In this document: one piece after another, positions 13,077 to 25,200 of the stretch
Layout: every line of letters starts with the position of its first letter
Position numbering within the stretch: the stretch's first letter is position 1
Assembly: GCA_040357565.1 (NCBI GenBank)
Contig: JBDODJ010000006.1
From: Cercozoa sp. M6MM
Lineage: Eukaryota > Protista > Endomyxa: Ascetosporea
Strand: one strand, 5' to 3'
DNA length: 63,998 nucleotides
Notes under the pieces: generated by a model
What the model was told of the DNA's origin: nothing
The model's database searches: none
The model's input: the letters and a program-made list of their open reading frames with translations, nothing else
Position numbers and translations under genes: made by a program

Positions 13077-14568
13077 ATGTCGAACAATCTGGGTACACAC
13101 GTGCCCCAGGACACTTCCCGTTTTCTCCTGTGCGCACGCTAGTTGTTTTTGTTGGAACCGCAGGAGTTCCGCAGCCGCGCCGCAATCGACGCCAGCGACA
13201 GTGGCAGCAGGCCACTGCGGCAACGCTGGCTGCGACGTGGGACCTTTCCAAGACCAAGTACCTTGATTGTTTGATGTTTGACTCGGGGTGAGTGACAATG
13301 TGTTGCAGGACCATGGGCAATAAGCAGGCCTGGGCTTGCATGGTGTCGCTCAACCCGCGTTTCCCGAACTTCAATTTGTACGAAGAGGAGGTGTACTTTG
13401 GTCGTTCGGCTGACTGTGAGGTCCACATCAACTCGCAGATGGTGTCGGCTCGTCACTGCCGTGTACTCCGTTTCTCTGTCTTTGTTCCTTGAGTTGTATG
13501 CTGCTTTACTTGCCATACAATCGCAGGTGTGGCGAGAGCACTCGGAGGACGCGCGCACGCCTGCTGTATAGTTCTCCAGTGTGATGTGATTTGTGTGCGC
13601 ACTGGAATGATCGTGCTCAGGTGTGGCTCGAGGATACCAGCACCAACGGCACATATGTGTAACATGCGTTGTTTCCATGTGTGCTTTGCTCGTGATAATA
13701 GTGTGTCTCTGCAGCGACGGCAGCAAGAAGCTTGGTCGTGGCAACCGCGTGCGTCTGCACTCGGGCACGGAGGTCGTTATTATTCCCAAGGGACCGAACC
13801 GCGAGAAGGTGTCGTTCACGATCTACATCGTCGATGAGGAGGGCGTTGAGGAGGCGCCGGAAGGCCAGGTCACTCTGGTGTTCACCGACGTGCAGAGCAG
13901 CACCAAGCTGTGGGAGAAGCACGCCGACTCTATGGACATTGGTCTGCGTGGACACGACTTCTTGTTCCGCAAGCTACTGATCAAGTGCCGCGGCTACGAG
14001 GTCAAGACCGAAGGCGATGCCTTCTTTGTCGCCTTCTTTCGCACCGTCGACGCCATTCGCTGGTGCGTGGCGGCGCAGAAGCAGCTGCTCGAGCTGCAGT
14101 GGAAGGACGACCTGCTGACGCACCCATCGGCGTGCAGCGAGGACGACGCCAACGGACAGACCATCTGGCGTGGCTTGCGCGTGCGTATGGGCATCCACGT
14201 CGGCGAGCCCAACTGTCGCCGCAACCCGTACCTTAATCTTGGGCTTTCTTGTTTGTTGTTATGCCTGACGTGATACATGTGAGGATAGAGTTCACAAGCG
14301 CATGGACTACTTTGGCCCGGACGTAAACACAGCAGCGCGCGTGAGTGACTCGGCGCATGGTGGGCAGATCGTGTGCACGGCCGGCGTGCTGCGTCAGCTC
14401 GAGATCGAGCAAGATGGCCTCGAGGAACCCATCGACATCAGCGAGCTCGGCTTCTACCGCTACAAGGGCATCGCCGATCCGCTCGCCATCTACCAGATCG
14501 CGCCGCGCGAGTTGAGCAACCGCGCCTTCCCGGCGCTGCGTGCCGAAGCCGTTGATGTCATCGGCTAG
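13077..14568 (+). CDS. Soluble FHA-domain class III adenylyl cyclase
   Basis: Spliced FHA motifs FGRSADC, VSARHC, WLEDTSTNGTYV; cyclase motifs VFTDVQSSTKLWE, GYEVKTEGDAF, GLRVRMGIHVG, MDYFGPDVNTAARV. Two upstream exons from ATG 13077 join in frame. No TM segment seen. Confidence 0.9.
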
Positions 14569-15119
14569 ACCATGCTCTGGTCTAATTTGCGGCATGATCA
14601 ATGCGCCCACTCGCACAACTGTCGAAATCTGTACAGACTCGGTGCGTTTTTGGCGACTGACGCTGACGGACCTGCCCGGCAACGTAAACACTCTTGCCAC
14701 TCATTCATTGTTTGCTGCCGTGCCTTCTGTTCCGCCCGCGCTCGCTCCGGGCTGCCGTTAGTCGTCGCGTCGCGGTGTCGGCGGCTTCCTGTTTAACAAG
14801 TTTTATTATTTCCAATCCCTTCGATGTGAATTCGATTCACTTGCTTACGTTACTTCAACCGTTTAAATTGGTGTTTGTCGGGGCCGTCGTTCGTTACAGC
14901 TGAGAGTGAAAGAGGTTTGTTTGAAGAAGTCAACAACTCAACCCCCGGCCCCATTTCTTTTCCATGACCGGACCGGCTGGCGTGGGATGTCCGTGTGCTT
15001 CCACGCGGAGGAAGTACGGTAGTCAGCCGAGTAGATTGATTGATGCCGACAGTAACAGTAGTACTACTGCGACTGTAATCGATTGAAGCCAAACGCGACG
15101 GACGCAACATCGAGGCGAA

Positions 15120-17516
15120 TCATGGAGATACGGCCGACGAGGTGTTACTGAGTCGTGCCACCGAGTCACGCAGCTGCAGCTCATCCTATCAGAACACAAA
15201 CAGATACGGATACAGCTGCTGCAGTACGCCCGGTCGCAGTGTAAGAGTTAGGGCATTCATCATCCGTATTTTTATACGAGCGTGATGGCGCCGTCACCGT
15301 TTCGATCAAGCATATCAAACTGCTCGTTGATTTCGTGCAACTGCTCAGCACCCACCTACGAAGCACTTCATCGTATCCTTGGGCCAGCACATAGCACAGA
15401 TCTAACATACCAATTCTAATCTCAGCAGCATCTGTGTCAGGAACTCGGCGCGATCGATTTTGTTGTCGCCATCTGTGCAGACACAAACTCGGGTTCGCTC
15501 GTCACACAGACGTAAAGTACACGACAAACCAAGATCGATGGAACGGAAGTCCTCCACATGAGCGAGCGCATCTGCACAACCAAATCATGTGATTCAACTG
15601 ATACACTATGGTGGTTCAACTCACGCGTGAGCAGTCGTTTGCGCGCCTGTTCACGGCGCTGCTCGAGTGCGAGCGAGATGATCTGTCCGATGCAGTGAGC
15701 GATGGCGACAGTGCCGACAATCATCCACACCGACGCTACAGTACCGTTGGAAGTGCTGGACCAATAATGACTACTGATATGTAGCCTGAATGTACCAAAC
15801 AATAGTGAGCCAGTTCTGTGCAACACAACGTCGCCATAGCCCACCGTTGTCAACTGCAGGTGTCACACATCACAGGGAATAAGACATGACCTGCACAAGC
15901 AACAGGATGTACCGTGACAATGGCGAAGTAGATTGCCTTGTCGAACCTCCTGTGTGTGTGCAAGCATCAGAAAGGTGTCTCCATCCAAGATACACAATCT
16001 GTGGTGGTACCAACCCTCGATCAAAGCAATAACTGAAGCAAAGACCGTCAGCACCACCATCATCGTGAGTAAAGTGGCCAGAATTCTCGCACGCCATTTC
16101 TTTGCTTTGTTTTTTTCGTTGCTACTCTGCACAGATTTCACGCATGCTGTGCATGTATCTGTATACAACATTTTGTGCACATTGAATTATGCTTACACTC
16201 TGAACGTCGCCAGCAAGCAGTTTCGCGACGGCCTCTTCTTCGCCCTCCAAGACACGCGAGCCAACGACACCTGCAACGCACATTTTTGTTGGCTAGACAA
16301 TCTATGCGGTCAGAAACAAGCAGTCATACTCAAAGCAAATGCGATCATTGAGACGCCGACGGCAATGTAGATGGCCTGCAATATACAAAGGAACGTATAC
16401 AGACTTGAGATACACAGCGAAGGTACGGTGAAGACTCGCGTGCCAGCAGTCTCAGGTGACAGGTCGCCATAACCGATAGTTGTCAGTGTGGTCACACTAA
16501 AGTACAGTGCCTTGGCAACGCCCCAGTTCAGTCGCTCGTGCGTCGCGTAGTACAGTGTGCCAATGGCGAGGTACACCAACACCGCTAAACTGCAATAGAC
16601 CGCGCTCCTGCTCTCCGCACGCAGGTTATTATAACTTGAAGGCACCGTATCTAGGTGACTAAGTTAAACGCTACCGATTGGAAGATGCGACATCGGACAC
16701 GTCGGTTGCATGGATATCACGCAGTGAGGCACATGACTTGACCCGCACTCGTAGCTTGTCGTCTGCCAACTGCGCCGTGAATCTGCTCATATGTGCATTG
16801 GAGTGTATTAAAATGAGGGTAGGATTCGTACACTACGTGTCCACAAAACTGTGCGTGGAAGTCGCCAGTTGTTGTCAGGCGTGCCTGCATTCTTCGTTCG
16901 GCGCCTGGATACTGTTACAGATTTCAACCCAACAGTACATACATCAAGAGGTAAAGAGTACCGCAGTCACAGGACTCAAGTCGACCACTGCCACGCCGAT
17001 CATTGTGTCGCCTCCAATCTCCCTGTGCATACGTACACCTAACTGGAATAACTGCCAAAAATCCAAGGTACCTTTCAAGACACTCGAGTCGCAAGGTCGA
17101 ACTCGACGACGTGTGCAGAATCAGAGGCGAGTTCGACTCTTCGTCTGGAGCAGGCAAAGCGAACTCGAACGTGCCTGTAAACCAAGGCAGAAAAAATAAA
17201 ACAGCGTATTCTGCATAAGACGGAGATTTGCACCGTCCTCTGGCGGGAAGGCAAAGTGGTGTCCCTTGCCCCATTGTACTGCGGTTTCATGCGCTTCACC
17301 CGTCTCTTCAAGTCTGTCGAAAAACTCGCGCACACATAGACTTGCATACTCATAATTGTCAAATCCATCCATATATGTGTGGAAATAGATACAAGACAAA
17401 ACTCGACGCTGGATACATATAGGCATGGATAGTTTTCGAACGTCAAAGTCGCGAACTTACGTGATGCGCACAAAGGGATCCATGCTTCGAAGCCATTTCA
17501 TCAACGCGCCAGGCAT
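15120..17516 (-). CDS. Two-pore-domain K+ channel (TPK/KCO-like) with N-terminal C2 domain and C-terminal EF-hand
   Basis: Two pore loops (LYFSVTTLTTIGYGDLSP; IYFAIVT|LTTVGYGDVV) and an EF-hand-like DGDNKIDRAEF. Upstream exons join in frame and encode C2-like motifs (SMDPFVRI; LRLECLEREIGGDTMIGVAVVDL). The first intron boundary is uncertain. Confidence 0.85.
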
Positions 17517-17765
17517 GGTTGAAATCGCTTGGAAAACTGATCAGTAATTGGATCGCGTGTTCCACTTGTTCATTCAGCTAATCCGGTGAACTTTCGTCAA
17601 GAGTCACGCATGCAGCAGCTAACACGTCGGAGGGCCGTAAAAACGTGAAGCTGGAATTTTGTTAAGGGGGTGTGAATTCAATTGGAACCTTGTGTGCTTC
17701 TTACAATAGCATCGGCCAACTCCGGGTGCAGTTCACACACAGGCGAGTGATCCAGCAGTACCAAA
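17517..17765. promoter_or_regulatory. Putative bidirectional promoter (K+ channel / NTF2) containing TTAAGGG at 17662
   Basis: ~250 bp between divergent start codons; the motif recurs in other divergent spacers. Confidence 0.4.
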
Positions 17766-18295
17766 ATGTGCGTTCGGCGCAGTGGTTCCTAGTTTCTCCC
17801 GGGTGCAGATTTTGGTTTTGGTTTGGTTTTCTACGTTCACGCGTTGGTGTGTCTGGCTTCACAGGGCGGACCCGAACCAGATCGCGCAGCAGTTTGTGCA
17901 GTACTACTACTCGACGTTTGACTCGAACATTCAGGGCCTCGCGGCGCTCTACCGCCCGGAGAGTTTCCTGACCTACGAGGCCGACCAGGTCGTGGGCAAG
18001 GATGCCATCATCGCTCACCTCACGTCGCGCCCGTTCACGAAGATCGCGCACCAGGTGCGTTCCGCCCGGGTCAGGATTTAAGCGATCTGAATGCTAAACG
18101 CCGTGTGTGCAGGTCACTTCGGTCCGCGCGCAGCCGATCCCGCAGTCGGGCGGCCTCATGATCCTCGTGAACGGTGACCTCAAGGTCGACGACGAGGAGT
18201 ACCCGACCAAGTTCGCGCAGGTTTTCCACCTGCTGCCGGCGGCCGGCAACCAGTTCTGGGTGCAGAACGACATCTTCTCGCTCAACTACGGCTAA
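17766..18295 (+). CDS. NTF2: Nuclear transport factor 2
   Basis: MADPNQIAQQFVQYYYSTFDSN...LMILVNGDLKVDDEEYPTKFAQVFHL...FWVQNDIFSLNYG; 2 introns, the first splitting the start codon AT|G. Confidence 0.93.
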
Positions 18296-18618
18296 GTAAA
18301 CCGCACTGCACGGCGGTCTAGATTTTCTCTTCGCCTTCAGTTCTCGCCAGTTGCTTTGCGTCGGACCCCGTTTGAATTTTAGCCTATAACCGCCGGTGCG
18401 GCATCCGCAATTGGTGTCGAGTCGCCGTCAGTCGGTCAGTCACGGGGTCACCACAGGAACGACTTAGTTGGTTTTCTATAAGACTCAACTAACTATCTGC
18501 CACAACATACTTCACTTGACCTGAATTTTACATTGACGGATGTAGAGAAACAATAACTCGACGGGGCGCGACTCCGACTGTTGGAGTCGTACAGTGCCGA
18601 TACAGTACTTGTAGTGCT

Positions 18619-19199
18619 TTACTCCATTGCGTTGCGCACCGCTGCAAATCCAAAAACGTCAACGAAACCTTGTAGTTTCTCATTGAGCGTGCAGCGGACT
18701 TACACTCAGGGAGCGTAAAAGTGTGGCCGTTGAACTCTTCCGTCACAAAGACCTGACAGGCGAGGCGCGAAGCATCCTCGTCGTAGCCAATCTGTTCTCA
18801 TTGGATACAGGAGATAAGCAGGTTGACATAAGCCTGCGAACAAACGACTACCGCAAGTTCAAGCATGTCCAGCTCGTCGTCTTCAACCTCCGGGAGCTGC
18901 TCGAACGTCTCTGGGTTGACGTAAATGTGGCACGTCGAACACGCCGCAGTACTAGCACAAAGCGCATTGGGCGAAGCAGCACAAAGATGAGAGAGAGCAA
19001 GAACACAATACCCATCACAGGCACCCTCGACATCAAGGTTGTGTGCCTGCGAGACCTCAAGAAGGCTCTGGCCCACGGTGGCCTCGACGTGGTTCTCTTC
19101 GCCTTGCCGACCCACGATGAGGAACTTGACCTTGTTCTTCGAGGAGAAGAGTCGCTGCTGACAGAGTCGCTGCAGAGGACGTCGCACGGTAGCAAACAT
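18619..19199 (-). CDS. Mitochondrial-type [2Fe-2S] ferredoxin (adrenodoxin/Yah1 family)
   Basis: Arg-rich transit-peptide-like N-terminus (MFATVRRPLQRLCQQRLFSS); EGACDG|TAACSTCH, EDDELDMLELA and SRLACQ motifs; 3 introns. Confidence 0.92.
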
Positions 19200-19556
19200 T
19201 TTTTATTTCTTGCTCCGCACACCTAACACTGTAGCAAACTGCAGGGGATCTTTGTTCTTTGGCAAGAAAACAACACAAGAGAGCAAGCAACTAGAACAGA
19301 GTGCACCTTTTTCGCGCGTCGGCCGCACCGATATACCTTAAGCGCCTATAGGTCAGGAACTTAATAACTCGCGAGTGAAGTGACTGGTTGGGTGGCACCA
19401 AATTACTGTAAAAAGCTAAATTATTTAAGGGTGCGCCGCTTTTGCGCCTTGTGTTCCAAAAAGCGAGATCGCGAGTGTAGGGCCGTCAAATAACGTGCCT
19501 GTGCATTTTGTCATGCGATTGAGCAGTGATAATCGCAGATTGTACTGACAGGAGCA

Positions 19557-22160
19557 ATGCTGTTTACCACGAACTGGGTTCGACGCCATCGGCAGGTGAG
19601 GAAGTAGCTGAGCAGATGGCCTTGGAAGGAAACTAGGGTTACGGCACGCTTTGTAGTATGCGACCGACGTGAGAAACGCCGTTCAGTCACTCGCCAAGGC
19701 GAGCGAGTGGTCAGACGTGATTCAGCAGCTGCGTCGATTAGGGCGTGTGCTCAAGGAGAATGCGGACGTCGTGCAGGGGTAGTGTCACTCTCCAACGTAT
19801 TATTCATTTGTTCCAGTTTCGTTTTTGAGCAAACTTTGTTTTCTTTAACACAGAGGGCACGGCGAAGTTCCGCACATTCCGGCCATCTGCGTACAGTTGC
19901 AGACGGTGCTGTGCCAGACGAGTCTGCCAGCAGGAGCGCACCTGGTGGCACTCGAGGTCTTTGGCACGCTGCTCGAGTATCTGTCCAGTGAGATGCGGGC
20001 CAAGCACTGGCCGCTCATGGCGCCTGCTTTGCAACTGGCAGCACGCCGACTGTCGCCGCGTGTGCGAGTGGCGACGCTGCAGATGCTGCTGCTGCACGTT
20101 GTCGGTTCGGCGGCCGATCTCACCGAGACCGAGGAAGAAGAGGCCAATGAGGGAACTCCAGTCTCTCCAAACGGTGCGACCAGTCAAGCTGAGGAGCTTG
20201 AGGTCGTCACCGTGGACACACTACCCGAAGAAGCCTTGCGAGGTGCTGCCAACAGTGTGGTGGCTTCGCTCATCACAGGCTACCGGCCCGACGCGTCTGT
20301 ACCCGAGAGAGAAGCCAGCGCTGCCTTGTGCGATGCTCTCACGCAGCGTGTCGGAATGCCTCTCGTTCAAGATTGGTACTGCTGCGTGTTATTGTCCTTG
20401 ATTATCCTAGACTGAGTGTACTTACTGGTGTGTGGATGCAGCATCTGGCGACTGTTGGTGGTCGACACGGAAGCTCGTGCAGGTGCCATTGCACTGCTGA
20501 TGCACCAATTCGACACGCACAGGGGTGACAGACGCGAACTTCTGCCGCACTGCGATGCAGCTCTCGTCGAGTCCTTGCTGTCGGCCGTGCACGACAAGGA
20601 CGTGCTGGTGCGACGCGCGGCACTCGACCTGCTAACCACGCACGTGCCTTGCGACAGCACGCTGATCTCTGAACCGTCGCAGACTGCGCGACTGCAGTGC
20701 GGCATCCTCAGTGCCGTGTGTCAGCGCGATGCCAGTGTGCGACGACGCGTGTTCAAGTGGCTGCTCGGTGCGACGACTGCGAGTCCTCCCTCCTCGGTCC
20801 TGGAGACGCCGGTGCCAGAGACTTCGCACACTGGCACTCTGCGTGGCTGGCGACTCGAGGTGCTCGTTGCCGCTGTGAAACGCTTCCTTCGCGAGGTCAG
20901 CGGGCACGTGCTTCCTATCGAGGTGCTTCCACTTGTGCCGGATATATATTTATATGTTATGGATATGTATATAGATATGTATATATATGTGTGTGTATAC
21001 GATGTGTTGCAGGTTGTTGTTGCTCTACTGGAGAAAGACGAGTTGAAGGATTCGACGCTGTTCGAACAAGTGCTGCTGCCGGTGCTGCAGTATGTGTGCC
21101 AACACGCCGACACAAAACACTCCGAGGATTGGACCGACTTGCTGGAGTCAACATCTGACTTGTTAAAGATGTACCTCTCTGTTCTGTCTGGTACCATGGG
21201 GTTCTCATAGCTACCATGCTTGCAGGGTACCGCCTTCGCGAGTCTGGGAACTCCTGTGCGACAGTGTCACCGACTTGTGCGATGCGATTGCGAAGGGCGA
21301 AACTGCGGACGAAACGCTCGCTCATCGAGCGAGTGTTCTCATTTTCGCACTCGAGTTTGCAGTGCAGCACATCCCTCACACGAGTCAACATGTGCGTTTC
21401 TCGCCTTTCTTTCTCTTGTTAATGCTAAGGTTAGTCATATATCTTGGCAGGAAGAAACGCCTGCCCTTGTCGGCGGGGTTCTTGGAACGGCATTGCGACT
21501 GTGTCGGGCTGCCTTGGAGGCGGCCTCACGTGTCGATTCGCTGCGCGACACGACGCACGTGCTGCTGCAGTTCGTGCATCGTCACATGCATGCGGAGAGT
21601 GAGGGAGAAAGCGAGAGCAGCAGTCGCTCTAGTCGTGAGTCCGACGAGGACGTTCGCACTCGGCAGCATTTGCGACGAGTGACTTATCTCGTTGGCACTT
21701 CGGTTTCACCAGGTATATTTTTGTTGTTGTTCCATCATTTTGGACAGTACAGATTGTTGGATAGTGCCCTACGAGACCACTTCGGCTGCCAGCGATGCCT
21801 TCGAATTCCTCGAGTCACTCGAACTGGCTTGCCTGTTGACTCAGTTCAATGCAGCCGAGCTGGTGCACTTCCTGTGTCCTGCCGAGTCAGCCTTCGACTT
21901 CTTGTGCTCGCGCAGTCTGAGCGAGGCTGCTCAACGCACGGCACTGCGTTTCTTGGTGCTGTTGGCGCGACTACACACATCACTTCGTCAGCGACTGCGA
22001 GAGACTCTCTTCGCCGCACTGACGCACAAGGCGCACGCACCGTCGCTGCGCCGAATCGCACTGATGTGGGATGCCTTGTGTGCCTTGTCCTCGCGCAAGG
22101 AAAACCGACTTTATTTCGAGAGTGAACGCGCCTTCCAGCTTACCAAGGTTCGTGCTTTCA

Positions 22161-22216
<56 letters not shown>

Positions 22217-25200
22217 TGCATACACACATATATATATATCGATATATATATATATATATATGTATGGACTAATTGATAGATGTTCTGGCTGCGAATTCCG
22301 GTCTCGGCGACGAGTACGGCGTCTGCCGGCAAGTGCAGTCTGCTGGGCACGCTGTTGGACTCACTGAGTGCACGTGCCGGCAGTGAGTCGGTCACTCAGG
22401 CCGTGTTGGAACTCATCGATGCCGCCGACATCGAGCACGATCAGAGCGACGAGTACAGTCGCTTCCTGCTGCTGTGGGCGTCACGCAAAGGTAACCTCAT
22501 GTGCCCACTTGGCGTCTTGTTTATCTCTCACTCCACGGTCTTGGTAGAAACGGCGCACAGCGAGGAAAGAAACGACTTCTGGCGTGCCGGTTTGCTGCGC
22601 ATGTTGGATGCACTCAAGTCGCCGCAGGCGCTGCGAAAGCTGCGTGTGCGTACCTGGGTGCGCGAGGTGTTGTCGCAGGTGCAGCTGCACGGAGCAGATG
22701 CGTGCGTTAATCTGTGTTGTGCTTTGTGTTAAGTTAGTTTGACAGAGGTGCTGTTTTGGCAGGAGCGCGAGTGAGTTCGCGCGCATGATGGCGCCGGTCC
22801 TGTTCCTGCTGTCGCAGTCGATGCGTTGCGGCGACGCCGCGCGTGTGCACTACTTCCTCAGCCTGCTTCGCAGCGTGCTCAATGTCGACGCTTCCTTGTG
22901 CGCACGCTGCCTCTCGCGTGCGCGTCTGCTGAAAGATACGCTGCGTCTCATCGTGCAGGTCTTTGTCGATGTCTTTGATTCCGACATGTCAGGTAGAAGA
23001 CCGCCTGTGTGTACGTGCGTGTGTGTGCGCGTTGACTAGTGTCAGTGGTGTAGATGTGTCGGTGTGCAAGTGCCGATCGGCAGCGGTGTCGTTGCTGTGT
23101 GCTCTGGTGACAACGCGACACGAGAGCAAGGAGGTGGCACAGGAACTGGCGGACCCGCTGCTTGCGTGTGTGCGTGCTGCACTCGACCGACACGACCGTG
23201 TGGCTCAGGTGAGGGGTCTCCATTATTGTGTGTACATGTCTTGTTGTGATAGTACAGGCGGTATGATCAGGTGGAGCTCGTTTCGGTGCTGCAGTCGCTG
23301 TTATCGACCAGCGAACTGAACGGCACGGCGCAGCTGCTGCACGACACTGTGTTCCGCGGCATTGTGGACAACGCACGTGCCGCCAGAGGTCTCACCGACG
23401 CCGACACCTCGGTGGCACTGGGCGCACTGTCGCAGTGGAGAAGACTGGCCGTGGTGTGCGCCAGGTGTCTCACCAGCGAGCTGGCGAACTTTGTCTTCTC
23501 GGTGCAGAACGTACTTGCATCTGAACTGGGCGAAATCAACTCCGACCGACGTCACAATGCCCATGGTACATTGCCCTTACTTCTTTCTTTACCTGAAGTA
23601 CATAACTACTGGTGTAGTTCAAAACGAGGCCGTTCAGTGTGCGCTGGCCGAGTCGATTCTCATCGTTACTGATGTGAGCTTGTACTCTATACCAGACAAC
23701 TGTGTATGCCGCCTGTACTGTAGGTAATCTGCCGACGAGCCAATCGTGTTGCAGTTCAACATGGTAGCACCACACTAGTCAGTGAGTTGTGTACTGATAT
23801 CATGCTCACGTGTTGTTGGCACAGTGGAAGCACCCCGAAAACAACGATCGCTGTTCGGGTGGCTGCTGCCTCCCGAGTCACTCCCAGTTGAAAGCACCGC
23901 CGGTACCTTTTACTTTATTGACTGTCTTGTATGCACACCTGTCTATCTGTCCTGTCTATGACTACTATCCGCTTGTGCTGTATCCCACAGGAAGCATCGG
24001 CGACAGTGCGCACGTCGAAACAGCGCGCGATATGCTGTGCAACGCGACGCCAATGGTGGTCGATGCAGTAGTCACCTGCATCCGCGCGGAGGCAGAGCCA
24101 GAAAGTGCCAACGACAGCGACGACAGCGAGGACAACAAAGTTACACGTGTCGCTTGTGCCACACTGTCCCTGTTGCTGCGAGTGTTTCCTGTTAATGCTG
24201 CGCGCGCACTGCTGCCGTATCGTGTTGCTTTTTCTCCTCTGTTGTATGTTATGTTTGTATGGGTGTGTATAGGTACACACAAGTGGTGCCAACACTGTAC
24301 CGGCACAGTACGCAGTCGCTCGAGTTGCACAACACGCTGTGTCGTGTGATTCACGAGGACACTCGAGAGAACAGTTGCGTCGACACTGTGCGAGCCTTGC
24401 ACATGCTGACACTCATCTTGGACCAAGTGCCTGTATCCTCTGACTCTGTTCTAGTTCTCTCGTGCCTTTGATACACTCGTGTTGGGACAGAGTGTGGAAC
24501 AACTGGACATTGAGAGAGTAACGACTGCACTGACTCCCTTCGTGTCCAACAAGGTGTGCGTCAACGAGACCGTCGACCTGTTCGTGCTGGCAAACTGCCT
24601 GCGTGTCTGTTTGAATGCTGCACAACACTTGCCTCACACTACTGAGTACCCTTGCTTATATACACGCACACACACCAACCACTAGCCCACTGTACGGTGA
24701 CATGACATGCTAGTGAGTTGAGACCTGTGGTGTGCGATGTCGTGCTTGCGCTGTGCCGACTCACGAAATCGCGCGGTAGCTCTTCGCTCTGTGTCGACGC
24801 CGATCTCGCGTTGCCCTTGTTCCCGGTACACTCACTTGCTCGCAATCTAAAATGGACACCAGCTGTAGCAGATTGAATACACGCCTACACAGGAATCGCA
24901 GCAAGTCTCCCGTGTCGATCACTGTGAGGCTTCCCGGGCGGTGCTTGCAACGCATATTTCGCACGTGTTCCGCACATTCTTCAGTGTACAAAGCGACGTT
25001 AGTCATGTACACTCCAGTTATATGATGAATAAACATTTAAAATGTGCAACAAACATACAGTTACGAACGGCATCGGACCTGGTGTCGCGTCTGCTGACTC
25101 TCCTTGTGGTTGCCGAGAACGTTCGTGTCTTTGCCGACGTGTGTCACTACTGTGCCTCGGCCTTGCGATATGCCAGGTGCCGACATTTGTATATTTTCCA

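Noticed and set aside
13314-13334. N-myristoylation signal MGNKQA on the cyclase
   Set aside because: Two upstream exons from ATG 13077 splice in frame, so this Met is probably internal.
15060-15122. Selenocysteine readthrough of the K+ channel TGA using the downstream hairpin
   Set aside because: The hairpin lacks the AUGA/GA quartet and apical AA of a SECIS element on that strand.
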